Below, in pieces: positions 30,101-39,294 of a stretch of 64,000 bases of DNA. The stretch comes from Staphylococcus phage SPbeta-like. The DNA lies in sequence record KT429160.1; one strand, given 5' to 3'. Within the stretch, counting starts at the first letter, position 1; the number at the start of each line of letters is the position of its first letter. The position numbers and the translations under genes were made by a program. The notes beneath the pieces were generated by a model. It made no database searches. It saw only the letters and a list, made by a program, of their open reading frames with translations, and was not told the origin of the DNA.

Positions 30101-32177
30101 TAAAATTACTTATACATTTACTGCACAAACTGAAAGTACACAATTTCTTATTTATAAAGACGTGGCTGGTCAATCTGATGTAGACTTAAATGTAACAATC
30201 GAGAAGGCTATTTTAGTCGAAGGAAATAAAGTTACAGGGTGGTCTCCAGCACCAGAGGAGACTTCTTCTGCTTTACGAGATTATAATACTCGTATCTCCT
30301 CAGCAGAAACATTCATTGAGAAAAACAAAGAAAAGATTTCTCAAATTGCTACTAAATCTGATGTTGACGCTTCACTTAGTAAAGTAGCTACTTATGAAAC
30401 TCAATATAATGTTTCTAGCGGAACTAACTATCAAATTCCTCTTCAAGAATACAATGGTTCATTCTTTACCGACAACTACACTTATGAAGTTGTAGCTAAA
30501 AATAACTCTTTAAGTTCTAACAACGTAGCAACTGCTATATTCGTAAGTAAAGGTTCAAACAATGGTTATGAATTGGTTGAATTAGACAACATGTCTAAAA
30601 CTGGTGCTAACCCTAGATTTGTTTTAGACAGTAAAGGTAGACCTTCTATCTCTACTTTCTCCCCTCAATCTACTACTCAAGATATTTCAGTTATTTACAC
30701 TAAATATTTAGGTAGTGCTTCAGCAATCAATACAACTAAATCATTGATTGAGCAAACTGCTAGTTCTATTGAATTACAAGTTAAGAAACTTACTGCTGAG
30801 ACTGAATACAACAACATATTATTAAATTCAGACTTCTCTTCTGGCTGGGAAGGTTGGATAAATGTTGATCCTCAGTATAGTATTGTTGATAAAAATACTT
30901 TTGGTATCACTCTTCCTGACGCAATCACTAATAAAAATAAGAAATATAATACAGTTAAAATGACATACAATAAAAATACAAATTACCCTTCTGTATTTTC
31001 TAATTTTATTTCTGTTGGAAAAGGTCAAGAGGTAGCTATTGGTGAACATTTAACACTAACTTGTTATGCCTATATCCCTTCTTCATCTAAAGGTAAATTA
31101 ACTGGTAACATATATATTGAATTCGCTGGTTACTATGAAAAAGACCAAAAATCAAACCCAATGATTGCTAGACATGAAATATTACCTAAAGATTTTGAAT
31201 ATAATAAATGGTTCAGAATGACAGCTAGTACTGCTATTCCTTCTACTAACTCTGAGGGTAAAAAAATCAATTATATTAGAGCTTGTTTACGTTATGACGG
31301 TAAAAATCAAAGCGTAAATAATAGTGCTATATTCTATTATGCGTTACCTCAATTAGAGCGTGGATCAAAACCAACCGAGTGGTCGTTATCAAGACTTGAC
31401 GTATTTAGCACTGAACAATTGGCAGCTAAGATTGCCTTAAACCCAGAGAGTGTGGATATTATCGCAAGAAATATTGATTTCAATACTGACTCAATGAAGA
31501 TTTATAATTCTAACGGTACATTAAACATTTCTGGAGATACTTTAACAATTAGTAACAACAATAGTTCTAATGAAGTAATTATAAATCCAAAAGGTTTTAC
31601 ACTTAAAAAAGATGGTGTAGTTAAGTTTAAAAATGGACTAGACACAAGCGATTATAGTGTCCAAGCTTATGAACCACAGTTTAGTTCATGGAATAATATT
31701 AAAGCTACTGATCCCGCTGCTAAGAGTAAGTATAATTACATTCGACATATTGAGCCGGGGATGAATGGTTATTACACTATAAATACTGGTGTTTACAATT
31801 TTGCAGTACAACACAAACAACTATTAGAGGTAAATAATACAAAAAATGCGAGAGTTAACAGGTATACATATCTTTACAACAAAAGGTATTTAAAAATACA
31901 AATGTCTGCTTCTTCTCGAGGTAAAAGTAAGCTTTATATAATATTCAAGACAAAAACTGGAGATACTACACTCCATCAAGAAATAGTTAGTTCTAGTTCA
32001 ATGGTATACCCAGATATAACAATTGACTTACAGGCTAAATTAGGTTATCCGCCTAACAATTTGCCAGACTTTTTTGAATTACAAGCTGGTATTGCCTATG
32101 GAGAAAATAATTCTATTGATGGTTTCTTTAGAATTAGACGTATGGCAATGACAGATACACCAAATGCGGAGGTTTAA
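24132..32177 (+). CDS. tail-associated lysin / tail hub protein (Tal-like)
   Basis: 2681 aa; RBS taaggagga; N-terminus resembles the prophage tail endopeptidase N-domain; position after Dit; internal ~315-aa tandem duplication. Confidence 0.6.
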   Translation: MTLNNHFAYTFEERPTPKLWLCKPDGTRIERIADFSKLGGTFKFTNVNTLHFDLPLQVFSEDTKQIERNKVVDLVKNKYLIDYRYNGYRDIFVIDDIKKSANDSDFITLNLDSRASELNKKAANEIELLGSTIPQMMNKILSVYAPLWKLGHVDGKIIDVKRELTGSNTTVNALIDNICSLFDAVAIYNNINRTISFYHKDNVGTNRGLRVRENSYLKSFEDQFVSKDIVTRLYPFGQSGLTIQSVNPAGSSYIEDFSYFMSPFKRDNNRNVLQHSDYMSDELCHALLDYQEFYASKKDQAGELSKQYSAILKEHSQEDFRLNQLSATLQRLNERVELVKPKSEYIDLGTKVKNFKITVPKSSYYLIMIRNDGSFTRIKFNNKQYDIPSGEWLYIKLKTGKFNDATKFEKQLEYPLEILSANANLRVVYTRSSEGDYEEEDTKTIEEKYNLEKYKILVKDQEKVVASIERRLKAFEDQKASVIRSMNAKNFLSEKLYNERELYVFESVWTEENHTDAQELYDDAVKQMKEQKKINRTITVDLVNFIQSLDHKDDWDKLNVGDKVVFQNKIFNTKIKAYITEMQLDFQTNQVKITISDIFDYKDLDTIIAEKLAQTTSTSSQVDFHKQQIREQTGRITDMTRLIEGEWDANKKRVMAGNETVDIGSHGVKVISKENPNEFVIMVGGVIAMNRDNGETFKTGITPEGINAEMLIGKMIVGETLTFENESGTVKFDKDGLYVNSKNFHLVSNDGEEDYFDKLKREMSENAKQQTDRMLEEYKKEVSQTISEATDVRNIVDNAADILQAAFADGVITDVEKRLISETLAQLEKENREFEDKINLALNHPYITEEDTIELNNSIVEYSSMYETLVISINESVSDKMITPQESEEINQNIINFREEIKDILSLVEEIIERTKNAQLQATLEEAKDYTTRVRDDIKDELKDLNNSFKSLNSTVEESLQDNIFDAAELEAIKTVVLVTKSEYQDITNRYSSMSANTDLKSESKLDLTKSYKTLDTSFNDFVKYIDEMTMDRIADETEKVNYKKKYDTLQKNLSDYMKKYDNCILEISKKYSNDAADKVLGDFTAIATELQNDFQDVKDNWAEFKQTTLESFKDGIVTEAEKARLRVQLDMLDRESMDIEERYKSLLANQYTNTDIKNRLTASRSPYLSVHASLRKVIEQIIADGKVDESEKTLANNSLNTYNTTLTAYSKTIQEALNTLSQIISSDVASKKVEEFNGVITTISSDVDTIKKQRDGAVITYYYSGVPTLSNDPAKSWTTNDLKDLHIKDMYLDTKSGYAYTFTKSGTSYSWKPLTDQVIVSSLKQAKNAQDTADNKRRVFVTQPIPPYDQGDMWTQGSQGDIYVCGTSRATGSFVSSDWVKASKYTDDTVAKQAAKDLEDYKVKMTKDFKDLNDGVSTFKTEVVKDFKDGIVTEAEKTRLRVQLDILDRESQDIEERYNSIFNSQYADTQVKTSISNARSTYNNSLTKLRNTIQTVIEDGKVTPTEKTTANQTLTAYNNALTSYSAAIQEALNSMSKVIAQKEATSQVNQFNEVIKNINTNITDIQKQVDGAIETFYYSGVPTLTNIPASYWTTASKREAHLGDLYLDTATGVAYRFLKKGTTSPTYYWSPISDQIITDALNRAKTAQDTADGKRRVFVNTPVPPYDTGDMWTQGASGDILVCKTPKAKGGIYSISDWVKASKYTDDTVANSAVQQLNEYKRTNNLDIADLKRKTSDFEKTVVNAFDDRVISISESSSIKGQLALLNHEKDRLTRQYENIIRNSNLVGAEKTKLSTAYSNINTKLSDLSTTINSAIVDNKIVDAESKSVTSKFELYKASVNEYQIAFDNALNSIIREIASSQAKDRLDEWKRTEFSTDSDGIIERVAGAKFDSKWTDTWRNTVNPAIQQVSNITYGSENLLLNSESRSDGANTTTHSFIRYYLTRPLETGKTYTLKASVLTTDERQSGQISVYPYSPNGARETVNIKDGKITYTFTAQTESTQFLIYKDVAGQSDVDLNVTIEKAILVEGNKVTGWSPAPEETSSALRDYNTRISSAETFIEKNKEKISQIATKSDVDASLSKVATYETQYNVSSGTNYQIPLQEYNGSFFTDNYTYEVVAKNNSLSSNNVATAIFVSKGSNNGYELVELDNMSKTGANPRFVLDSKGRPSISTFSPQSTTQDISVIYTKYLGSASAINTTKSLIEQTASSIELQVKKLTAETEYNNILLNSDFSSGWEGWINVDPQYSIVDKNTFGITLPDAITNKNKKYNTVKMTYNKNTNYPSVFSNFISVGKGQEVAIGEHLTLTCYAYIPSSSKGKLTGNIYIEFAGYYEKDQKSNPMIARHEILPKDFEYNKWFRMTASTAIPSTNSEGKKINYIRACLRYDGKNQSVNNSAIFYYALPQLERGSKPTEWSLSRLDVFSTEQLAAKIALNPESVDIIARNIDFNTDSMKIYNSNGTLNISGDTLTISNNNSSNEVIINPKGFTLKKDGVVKFKNGLDTSDYSVQAYEPQFSSWNNIKATDPAAKSKYNYIRHIEPGMNGYYTINTGVYNFAVQHKQLLEVNNTKNARVNRYTYLYNKRYLKIQMSASSRGKSKLYIIFKTKTGDTTLHQEIVSSSSMVYPDITIDLQAKLGYPPNNLPDFFELQAGIAYGENNSIDGFFRIRRMAMTDTPNAEV
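27468..29295 (+). repeat. tandem duplication of a ~315-aa module inside the Tal-like gene
   Basis: DFKDGIVTEAEK(A/T)RLRVQLD(M/I)LDRES…YYSGVPTL…DTADNKRRVFV…GDMWTQG…SDWVKASKYTDDTVA occurs twice in tandem (about 27468-28411 and 28412-29295) at roughly 50% aa identity. Confidence 0.75.
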
Positions 32178-32179
32178 AA

Positions 32180-32554
32180 ATGGAAATCATAAAAACTTAT
32201 GACTCACTCATTAACTTAGAAAATGGAGATTATTACACGGATCGCTATGTATTAGCTGTTCCATACACTTCTATTGGTGAGGATGGAAAAATATTCGGTG
32301 ATTACTCTTTTGGCTCAACCTTTCACACGGTTGTTCCTTGTGCTACTTTAATTATTGACGAAAATACGCATAATCAATTAGAAAGTTTAAGACTTAAAAT
32401 TATTGATGGCGTATATAAATTAGTAGCACCAGATGGTTATAAATTCATAACTGTTGAAGAAAATGAAAGCGAAGAAGACCGTGAAATTCGTGAATTAGAA
32501 GAAATGTTAGCAAAATTAAGATCGAAAAAAAGGAGTTTAAATAATAATGAATAA
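32180..32554 (+). CDS. hypothetical tail protein
   Basis: 124-aa ORF starting 3 nt after the Tal stop. Confidence 0.3.
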   Translation: MEIIKTYDSLINLENGDYYTDRYVLAVPYTSIGEDGKIFGDYSFGSTFHTVVPCATLIIDENTHNQLESLRLKIIDGVYKLVAPDGYKFITVEENESEEDREIRELEEMLAKLRSKKRSLNNNE

Positions 32555-32714
32555 AAATGATTTAAATTTACAAATACAAAGATTACAAGCACAAAATGAG
32601 AAGTTATCAACTGTTGTTGGAAATCAAGCAAATTATATTGCTGAGCTTGAAGTGACGAATGAAATGTTGTTATCTCAAATTCAAAATAATGATGAACAAG
32701 AAGCTCAAGGTTAA
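32547..32714 (+). CDS. small coiled-coil protein (55 aa)
   Basis: Below the track cutoff; ATG 32547 with RBS aaggag; MNKNDLNLQIQRLQAQNEKL…; hand-translated. Confidence 0.3.
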   Translation: MNKNDLNLQIQRLQAQNEKLSTVVGNQANYIAELEVTNEMLLSQIQNNDEQEAQG

Positions 32715-32755
32715 TACCTTGAGTTTTCTTATGTAGAATACAAGGAGTGTTTTAA

Positions 32756-35425
32756 TTGTCATATTTTAATAATGTCTATACGTTAAAATTAGATATCAAG
32801 CAACAAAACCCTAACCCAGTAATTCGTATTGTTCAATATGACTCAGCTGTTTTTAAAATAGAGTTATATGATAATGGACGAAAAATAGATATCAAAGATG
32901 GCGAGAGATTTACGGTTAGTGTAGAACATGAGGCTACTGGTGAAACTCATTCTGGTATCGCTAAATACGATGGTGAACAATTTGTTGTTTATGATTTAAG
33001 AAAAGCTGATATGAAAAATATTGGTACATATAGAGCAAGATTTGCCTCTTATAAAGATAGAAACCGTGTTTCTTCACTAATGTTCAGATATGAAGTTTAT
33101 GAAGATTATGAAACTGTTGGAGACGCTAGTGAATTAACTATGCTCCAAGAACTATTCCAAGAAGTTGAAGAAGTTGGAAGAGTTACACAACGTCAAGGTG
33201 AATATGCTGAGGATCGTGGAGATTATGCTAATGCAGCTGGTGACTATGCAAACCGTGCTGGAGACTCTCAGATTATGAAATGGCTACCTTACGTTAAGAC
33301 CTTAGCTGAAAGAAATAAACTATATCCAAACCCGGAAAACGGCGATACTGTTTATGTTATTGATGAAAATAAAGTATTCAGGTATGACGGAATTGACGCA
33401 TTAGACTGGGAAGCAATTTCTGGATATGACACTTCAGTTATTCAAGACATTTATAATACTAAAGAAGATAAAACAGTTGTTGCTAAATTAAGAGAAGATT
33501 TAAATTCATTAACTATTGGTGCTAGAAACTTACTCACAGGTACAGATTTCGAAAAACCTATGAATTTAAAATATACCTCACCTACCTTTACTTTCACTCA
33601 AAATAAATCAGACTCATCTATGACATTAGCCCCTACTGATAAATACGTTTCAACTTCTGCTGTATACTTTGATTTAGAAAAAGAAGCTCTCGAAAATAAT
33701 TTCTTTACCCTTTCATTTAACGTAAAAGTATTAAGTGGTAGTGCTACACTCAAGTTTAAAGTTGGTGACGCTGCTTATTCTGAGCCTGTTACTGTAAAAG
33801 CTTCATCTAATTACCAACGTGTAGTATTAACTGCTTCAACTCAAGATTTAAAAACGAATAAAACTAACCTTTTATTGCAAACTACAAGTGCTATTGCCAT
33901 TGAAAAAGAAAGCTTTAAAGCAGAAATCGGTAATAGAGCAACTACTTGGACACCTTCTTATCTAGATGTAAAAACAAAACTGGATGACTATGGTACTAGA
34001 ATTAAAGGTTTAGAAGTTGAAATGAACACAAACGTAGTTAAGAAATCGGTCTATGAAGCTGATAAATCTAAAAATGAAGAGAAGCTCAGTAAGATTATAC
34101 AAGACGCTAATAGTTTAACATCTATCGTTTCTAAGAAAGTTGATAAAGGTCAAGTTAAATCTATGATCAACCAAACTGCTGAACGTATCAAAATTAAAGC
34201 AAGTAATATTGATTTTGATGGAGTAGTTGTATTCAAAAACAGAAACAATAAGATTGATCCTAACGCTTTTGTAAGAATTAACGGTGGAGAATTAACTGCT
34301 AAAGGTTACTACCGAAGAGTATGGCGTGATGGTAAAGCTCGTAACCGTGTTCAAGTTGTTCAACTTACAGACGGAATGCTAAGAATTTCCGATCCAAAAG
34401 GTGACTTAGTTGACTCAACAAAAGATAGAGACTATCGCTATGATATTGATGTTAATGGTAAGAAAGTTTATAGTACAGTTCGTTCTCTTTACTATTCTTC
34501 AGATGGTGTCTCTACTTACCGTGACGGTTCTGGTAAAGCATTTAATAAAGAAGGTAAAGTAGTTTCTTCTGGTACTATCGAATTCTTCTCACATGAATAT
34601 TCTAGAAGTCGTGGTTTAACATTATATTCTGCTGGTGGTGCAATTGGTTTACAAGCAGCTAACAATGCTATTCATATTGACGCAGCGGCTACTTTATATA
34701 ATCGTTCAAGACAAGCTAATGTAATAATTCGACCTCATGAGAACGTTCGTAAAGGTATCAACGACTTCAAATTTGGTATTAGTGCTGATAATACAGGTAG
34801 ACTTGTTTATGGTGATGAAAGTAAACGTTTAGGTGTAGGACTTAGATTTTCTAAATCATCTAAAAACAAAGTAATTACAGGTATTGACTCAACTGGACGT
34901 GCTAGTTCAGATGTACGTTTGGAAATTGGTGAAGTAAGAGCTAACAAAATTTTATCAAGAGATGGTAAGGAAACAGTTTACTTCAACAATGCTGGTAGTG
35001 GTAACTTAACTCAATCAGCTACTTTACGTGCTGGCGGTATCAAAACTAATGCAACTAACTTCTATGTTGGTGTACGTGGTGAACTACGTGTTACTAATAC
35101 TAGAGGTGCTAACTTTGGTAAAGGTATTGGTTACATGCCTGTAAGAGCAAGTAAATTTAACTCTGTATCTAGTAGAAAATATAAAACAAATATTAAAGAT
35201 TTAGAAATTAATTCTTTAGATGTTTTGAATTCTACTGATATTAAACAATACAATCTTAAATCTGATTTAAATGACGGTATCGACAAAGTTAAATATGGTG
35301 TGATCCTTGAAGACTCTCATGACGCTTTAAAAGAAGGAGACGCAATTGACGTTTATACTATGACTTCTATCCTTTGGGATGTTGTTAAAAAGCAACAAAA
35401 AGAAATCGAGCAATTGAAAAAATAA
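32756..35425 (+). CDS. tail fibre / receptor-binding protein with C-terminal S74 intramolecular chaperone domain
   Basis: 889 aa; GDYANAAGDYANRAGD repeats; C-terminal ~110 aa resemble the self-cleaving chaperone domain of endosialidase-type fibres (…DGIDKVKYGVILEDSHDAL…TMTSILWDVVKKQQKEIEQLKK). Confidence 0.55.
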   Translation: MSYFNNVYTLKLDIKQQNPNPVIRIVQYDSAVFKIELYDNGRKIDIKDGERFTVSVEHEATGETHSGIAKYDGEQFVVYDLRKADMKNIGTYRARFASYKDRNRVSSLMFRYEVYEDYETVGDASELTMLQELFQEVEEVGRVTQRQGEYAEDRGDYANAAGDYANRAGDSQIMKWLPYVKTLAERNKLYPNPENGDTVYVIDENKVFRYDGIDALDWEAISGYDTSVIQDIYNTKEDKTVVAKLREDLNSLTIGARNLLTGTDFEKPMNLKYTSPTFTFTQNKSDSSMTLAPTDKYVSTSAVYFDLEKEALENNFFTLSFNVKVLSGSATLKFKVGDAAYSEPVTVKASSNYQRVVLTASTQDLKTNKTNLLLQTTSAIAIEKESFKAEIGNRATTWTPSYLDVKTKLDDYGTRIKGLEVEMNTNVVKKSVYEADKSKNEEKLSKIIQDANSLTSIVSKKVDKGQVKSMINQTAERIKIKASNIDFDGVVVFKNRNNKIDPNAFVRINGGELTAKGYYRRVWRDGKARNRVQVVQLTDGMLRISDPKGDLVDSTKDRDYRYDIDVNGKKVYSTVRSLYYSSDGVSTYRDGSGKAFNKEGKVVSSGTIEFFSHEYSRSRGLTLYSAGGAIGLQAANNAIHIDAAATLYNRSRQANVIIRPHENVRKGINDFKFGISADNTGRLVYGDESKRLGVGLRFSKSSKNKVITGIDSTGRASSDVRLEIGEVRANKILSRDGKETVYFNNAGSGNLTQSATLRAGGIKTNATNFYVGVRGELRVTNTRGANFGKGIGYMPVRASKFNSVSSRKYKTNIKDLEINSLDVLNSTDIKQYNLKSDLNDGIDKVKYGVILEDSHDALKEGDAIDVYTMTSILWDVVKKQQKEIEQLKK

Positions 35426-35468
35426 TCTCTAAGGTGGCTATTTATTAGTCACCTATCTTCTTTATAAG

Positions 35469-35933
35469 GTGGTGATAACCATTAGAAAGCTAAATGAGTT
35501 AAGAGAACTTCTCAAGAAAAACTTATTACAGTTGAATATAGCCACAATTGGTTTTGACGTATTAATCATAAGTACAAGTATAATTGGTATGATCAAATCA
35601 ATAGAATGGATCAATAAGAACACTAGTGAATTAAAAAATGCTTCTGTATTCTACTATAATATCTCTGAAGTTGTTGATATACAGATAATGGGATGGTTGC
35701 TTTTAGTATCATGTTTAATATTATTAATTTCAGTATTCATTAGAACACCAAATGAATTCAGACTTATGATTTTAGGTGGCTTGGTATCAGGCTTAGTTTA
35801 TTTTGCATTTGGCATTCTTGCAGTGGATAACGCTTCTTTATACGCAACATATTACAATAATCTTATCAATGGATGGGTTCAAATATTAATAGCAGGAATG
35901 GGTGCAATTGGCATATGGAAAACGAAAGTATAA
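35469..35933 (+). CDS. membrane protein (4 predicted TM helices)
   Basis: 154 aa with four hydrophobic segments; GTG start; directly precedes the XhlA-like/holin genes. Confidence 0.35.
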   Translation: MVITIRKLNELRELLKKNLLQLNIATIGFDVLIISTSIIGMIKSIEWINKNTSELKNASVFYYNISEVVDIQIMGWLLLVSCLILLISVFIRTPNEFRLMILGGLVSGLVYFAFGILAVDNASLYATYYNNLINGWVQILIAGMGAIGIWKTKV

Positions 35934-36427
35934 TCGAGGTGCAATTATCTGGTATTAAGGAAGATGTAACAAAACTACAAGAAGATCATGACAAAACAAA
36001 AGAGCGTCAAGATAAACTTGACACCAAAATTGAAAAAACTTTAGATAAAATGCAAAAGTATCAAGATATGAACAATGAAAAGTTTTTACAGTTAAGTATA
36101 AACAATGCTCAAATGTTAGAGATGACTAAAAATGTAGAAAAAAATACTGAAAGAACTGCGGATATCATGGAGAAAATGGTTGAAGAAGATAAAGAAACAA
36201 AGGCTTCAATTGATAAAAAGTTTGCTGAAGTCGATGACGATATTAGTGACTTGAAATCAGAAATTCATACTAAAATCAATTCTATTGAGACTACTAGTAT
36301 TAGTGAAGATGGAGAGTCGAGAATATCTGGTAAGACTTGGGGTACAATTTTGATTGCCCTTTTTGCACTTATGGAAACAATGATTAAGGTAGTAGCTCCC
36401 CTACTAGCTCCATTAATCACAAAATAA
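35915..36427 (+). CDS. XhlA/BhlA-like holin-associated protein
   Basis: ATG at 35915 (MENESIIEVQL…); long coiled-coil N-region plus one C-terminal TM helix (WGTILIALFALMETMIKVVAPLLAPLI); immediately upstream of the holin, as xhlA/bhlA in PBSX/SPbeta. Confidence 0.4.
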   Translation: MENESIIEVQLSGIKEDVTKLQEDHDKTKERQDKLDTKIEKTLDKMQKYQDMNNEKFLQLSINNAQMLEMTKNVEKNTERTADIMEKMVEEDKETKASIDKKFAEVDDDISDLKSEIHTKINSIETTSISEDGESRISGKTWGTILIALFALMETMIKVVAPLLAPLITK

Positions 36428-36448
36428 ATTTAAAGGAGATAAAATATA

Positions 36449-36778
36449 ATGATTAAACTTGATAAAGGATCACTTGTTAGAGGTGTTTTAGGTTTACTTG
36501 CTTTCTTAAACGTAGCTTTAGAATTGTCTGGTCATAACCCTATTCCTATTGATGAAGGTGCAATTAATACATTTATTACTCTAGCCTTCTTAGGTGTTAC
36601 AACTATTCTTGGTTATTATAAGAACTTCAATGTAACTCAAGAGGCACATGTTGCTCAAGCTAACTTAAACGCTTTGAAACAACAAAAGAAATACGCACAA
36701 AACACAGGTGGAGTAATCTCAGCAGCTATGGCTAATGAAGATAGTCTTCCTAACAAACATTTAGATCAAACTATTTAA
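36449..36778 (+). CDS. holin
   Basis: 109 aa; two TM helices (VLGLLAFLNVALEL, FITLAFLGVTTILGYY); polar/charged C-tail; RBS aaaggagat; terminator downstream. Confidence 0.55.
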   Translation: MIKLDKGSLVRGVLGLLAFLNVALELSGHNPIPIDEGAINTFITLAFLGVTTILGYYKNFNVTQEAHVAQANLNALKQQKKYAQNTGGVISAAMANEDSLPNKHLDQTI

Positions 36779-36784
36779 TCTAAG

Positions 36785-36813
36785 CCGAGTTATCTATTAA
36801 CTCGGTTTTAATT
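36785..36813 (+). terminator. rho-independent terminator after the holin
   Basis: ccgagtta-tctat-taactcgg hairpin followed by ttttaatt. Confidence 0.6.
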
Positions 36814-36829
36814 AATAAGGAGTGCAATA

Positions 36830-39223
36830 ATGAGAAGAAATTTAATTAATAATTATCGTTTCTTAGAATTCCCACAAGAGACTTCTATTGAAATTAAACA
36901 AGGTGACTTTACTCCTATCTCTGTTAAATTGGACTCTACTGAGATGATTAAAGATGATGGTAAAGACGCAAAAGTTATTTTAATCAACACTGATAATGAA
37001 AAAGTATTTGAAACTAGCGTACCAGCGAAAAATAGAATTATTGAGTTTGTTATCAATAAGAACTTACCTAAAGGAAGATACTTTTTAGAAATCGTTTATA
37101 ATCAAATGAAGTTTCCTTCTAGAGATTATAAAACTATCATTATTAATGGATCAGCTTCATTAGGTAGTTTAAAAGAGATTAATATCATTAGTTCAGATGA
37201 TATTAAAAATAGATTTATTTCTGAAGCTAAAAAAGAATTATCAGCGGATATTGATCAACTAGTTAGTGAGAAACTTAATAAGTATGTCATTGAAAATCAA
37301 GAAGATTTAAAAGGTCAATCGATATCTATTGCTAACCACGAATTCGATGAAAAAGGTAATCTAAATATTACTTTTAGCGATCAAACATTTATTCAGATAC
37401 CAAAAGGAAAAGATGGCCACAACGGTGAAGATGGTCGAGATGGCTTGAACGGAAGAGATGGTCAATCTGTAACCACTATCACTGAACGTGGAATTAGTAA
37501 TAATAGCAGTGGTATCTATGTTCGTACATACAAAGTTGATCATGAAGGTATTAAACAAGATTTAATCAGTGAAACTTTCGTGTCTGATGGAAAAGATGGT
37601 AAAGATGGAACGTCAGTTGAAATCGACCATACTGAAGAAATTGACAACGACCTCAAAATATACTTTACAAATGGCAAATCTTTATTCTTACCAAAGACAA
37701 AAGTTGTAGAAACTAATACCTCAGCCAGCACAGAAATCTCACAACTTAAAGATTTAGTAGGTGTGTTTATTGGTGATAGTATTACTGAAGTTAACTTACG
37801 AACAGAAAAGAACTACCATCAATTTATTGCTGATCGTACTGGGCTTAAAAATATTAACTTAGGTCATAGTGGTACAGGTTATCAAGATAGAAAAAATGCT
37901 TTCACTGAAATAAAAGAGGCACCCGATTTCATCACCGTGTTCTTGGGAACAAATGACTATGGTTTAGTTGGTGGAAAAACTAGAGAGTTAGGAACTGCGA
38001 AAGAACATAAAGCTGGAACAGTTGCGGGTAGTATTTATTATACATTATTACAACTTTCAAACTCATTCCCTACTACGCCTATTGGTGTAATGACTCCTAT
38101 TCCTAGAGCTGAATGTAACCCGTTCAAAGAAGTTGCTAACTCTAAGGGATATACTTTAGGCCAATTAACTGAAGTAATTAAAGAATTGGCTAGTTCATTC
38201 TCATTCCCTGTTTTAGATTTGTATAATGAAAGTAATCTAAGAGTTTGGAATGAAACTGTTAATAAGACTTTCTTTAGTCTTTCAAATGGTTCATACGATG
38301 GTTTACACCCTAATGCTAAAGGTCATGAGTATTTATCTTATATGATTGAAAGATTTATTGAAGATAAATTAGTTGTGGGTACACGATTTGATTACGAACA
38401 TGTTGATACTACTCCAACAAGTCTAGGTAATGATGTCTTTAAAAAAGCTATTAAACCAGAAGGTATGTTTTGGAATACAACCCAAAGCCTCATTATTAAT
38501 GTTACTGCTAGTGACATTGATTTAGATAAGTTTAAATTGCTGAAAATAAAATATAAAAACTATAAAATTATTGATCCTAGTGGTATATTAAGTGGTTCTC
38601 CTTATTGGTACACTTTACCTAACTACGCTGATAAAGATAAGTTTAATAGAACTTCAGATGTCACTGAGTTTGTTAAAGGTTTTGAAGTTATGGATATTAC
38701 TGAAAGTCGTGGTAATGAATATATGCCAGATTATGTAGAATTCATATACACTCTCAAAACTAATACAGATGTTGTAGCGGATATTAATAAAGATTACGTC
38801 TTGAAGTCTGCTGCACAACCGACTACACCTTCTACTTCAACACCTACTTCTCCAACAACAAATACAAAAGAGAAAGTAACACCAGTTGATAATGGTGATG
38901 GAACATTTACCGCTACTATCACTCCAACTAAGATTTCTTGGAAGCAAGATCAAAGCTTCATGATTAACACAGATGGAGAACAATTAGATTTAACTGGTAA
39001 GCAAGTTAAAAAAGTAGAGTCTGGTGATTATTCAATTCTAAACCCAAATACAACTGCTTCTAACTACTTCTTCTGGTATTCTGTTCCTACTTCTACTGAA
39101 GGTACTATGTTCAATAAAACACCAGACATTAATAAATTCGTTGCTGGCTTAACTGTTGATAAAACTGAAGCTGATGGAAGAATAGTATATAAACTTGTAC
39201 CAGTAAAAATTACATACAAATAA
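36830..39223 (+). CDS. tail protein with collagen-like repeats and SGNH/GDSL hydrolase domain
   Basis: 797 aa; Gly-X-Y runs (GKDGHNGEDGRDGLNGRDGQ, DGKDGKDGT); GDSL block VGVFIGDSITE with downstream GTND and HP(N) motifs of SGNH esterases; Thr/Pro-rich linker. Confidence 0.55.
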   Translation: MRRNLINNYRFLEFPQETSIEIKQGDFTPISVKLDSTEMIKDDGKDAKVILINTDNEKVFETSVPAKNRIIEFVINKNLPKGRYFLEIVYNQMKFPSRDYKTIIINGSASLGSLKEINIISSDDIKNRFISEAKKELSADIDQLVSEKLNKYVIENQEDLKGQSISIANHEFDEKGNLNITFSDQTFIQIPKGKDGHNGEDGRDGLNGRDGQSVTTITERGISNNSSGIYVRTYKVDHEGIKQDLISETFVSDGKDGKDGTSVEIDHTEEIDNDLKIYFTNGKSLFLPKTKVVETNTSASTEISQLKDLVGVFIGDSITEVNLRTEKNYHQFIADRTGLKNINLGHSGTGYQDRKNAFTEIKEAPDFITVFLGTNDYGLVGGKTRELGTAKEHKAGTVAGSIYYTLLQLSNSFPTTPIGVMTPIPRAECNPFKEVANSKGYTLGQLTEVIKELASSFSFPVLDLYNESNLRVWNETVNKTFFSLSNGSYDGLHPNAKGHEYLSYMIERFIEDKLVVGTRFDYEHVDTTPTSLGNDVFKKAIKPEGMFWNTTQSLIINVTASDIDLDKFKLLKIKYKNYKIIDPSGILSGSPYWYTLPNYADKDKFNRTSDVTEFVKGFEVMDITESRGNEYMPDYVEFIYTLKTNTDVVADINKDYVLKSAAQPTTPSTSTPTSPTTNTKEKVTPVDNGDGTFTATITPTKISWKQDQSFMINTDGEQLDLTGKQVKKVESGDYSILNPNTTASNYFFWYSVPTSTEGTMFNKTPDINKFVAGLTVDKTEADGRIVYKLVPVKITYK

Positions 39224-39294
39224 CATATAAAAATCTCAAGAACTAGTTAAGGTACTGACCCCCTTAAACGGGAACTTAATAAAAACACTATGTT

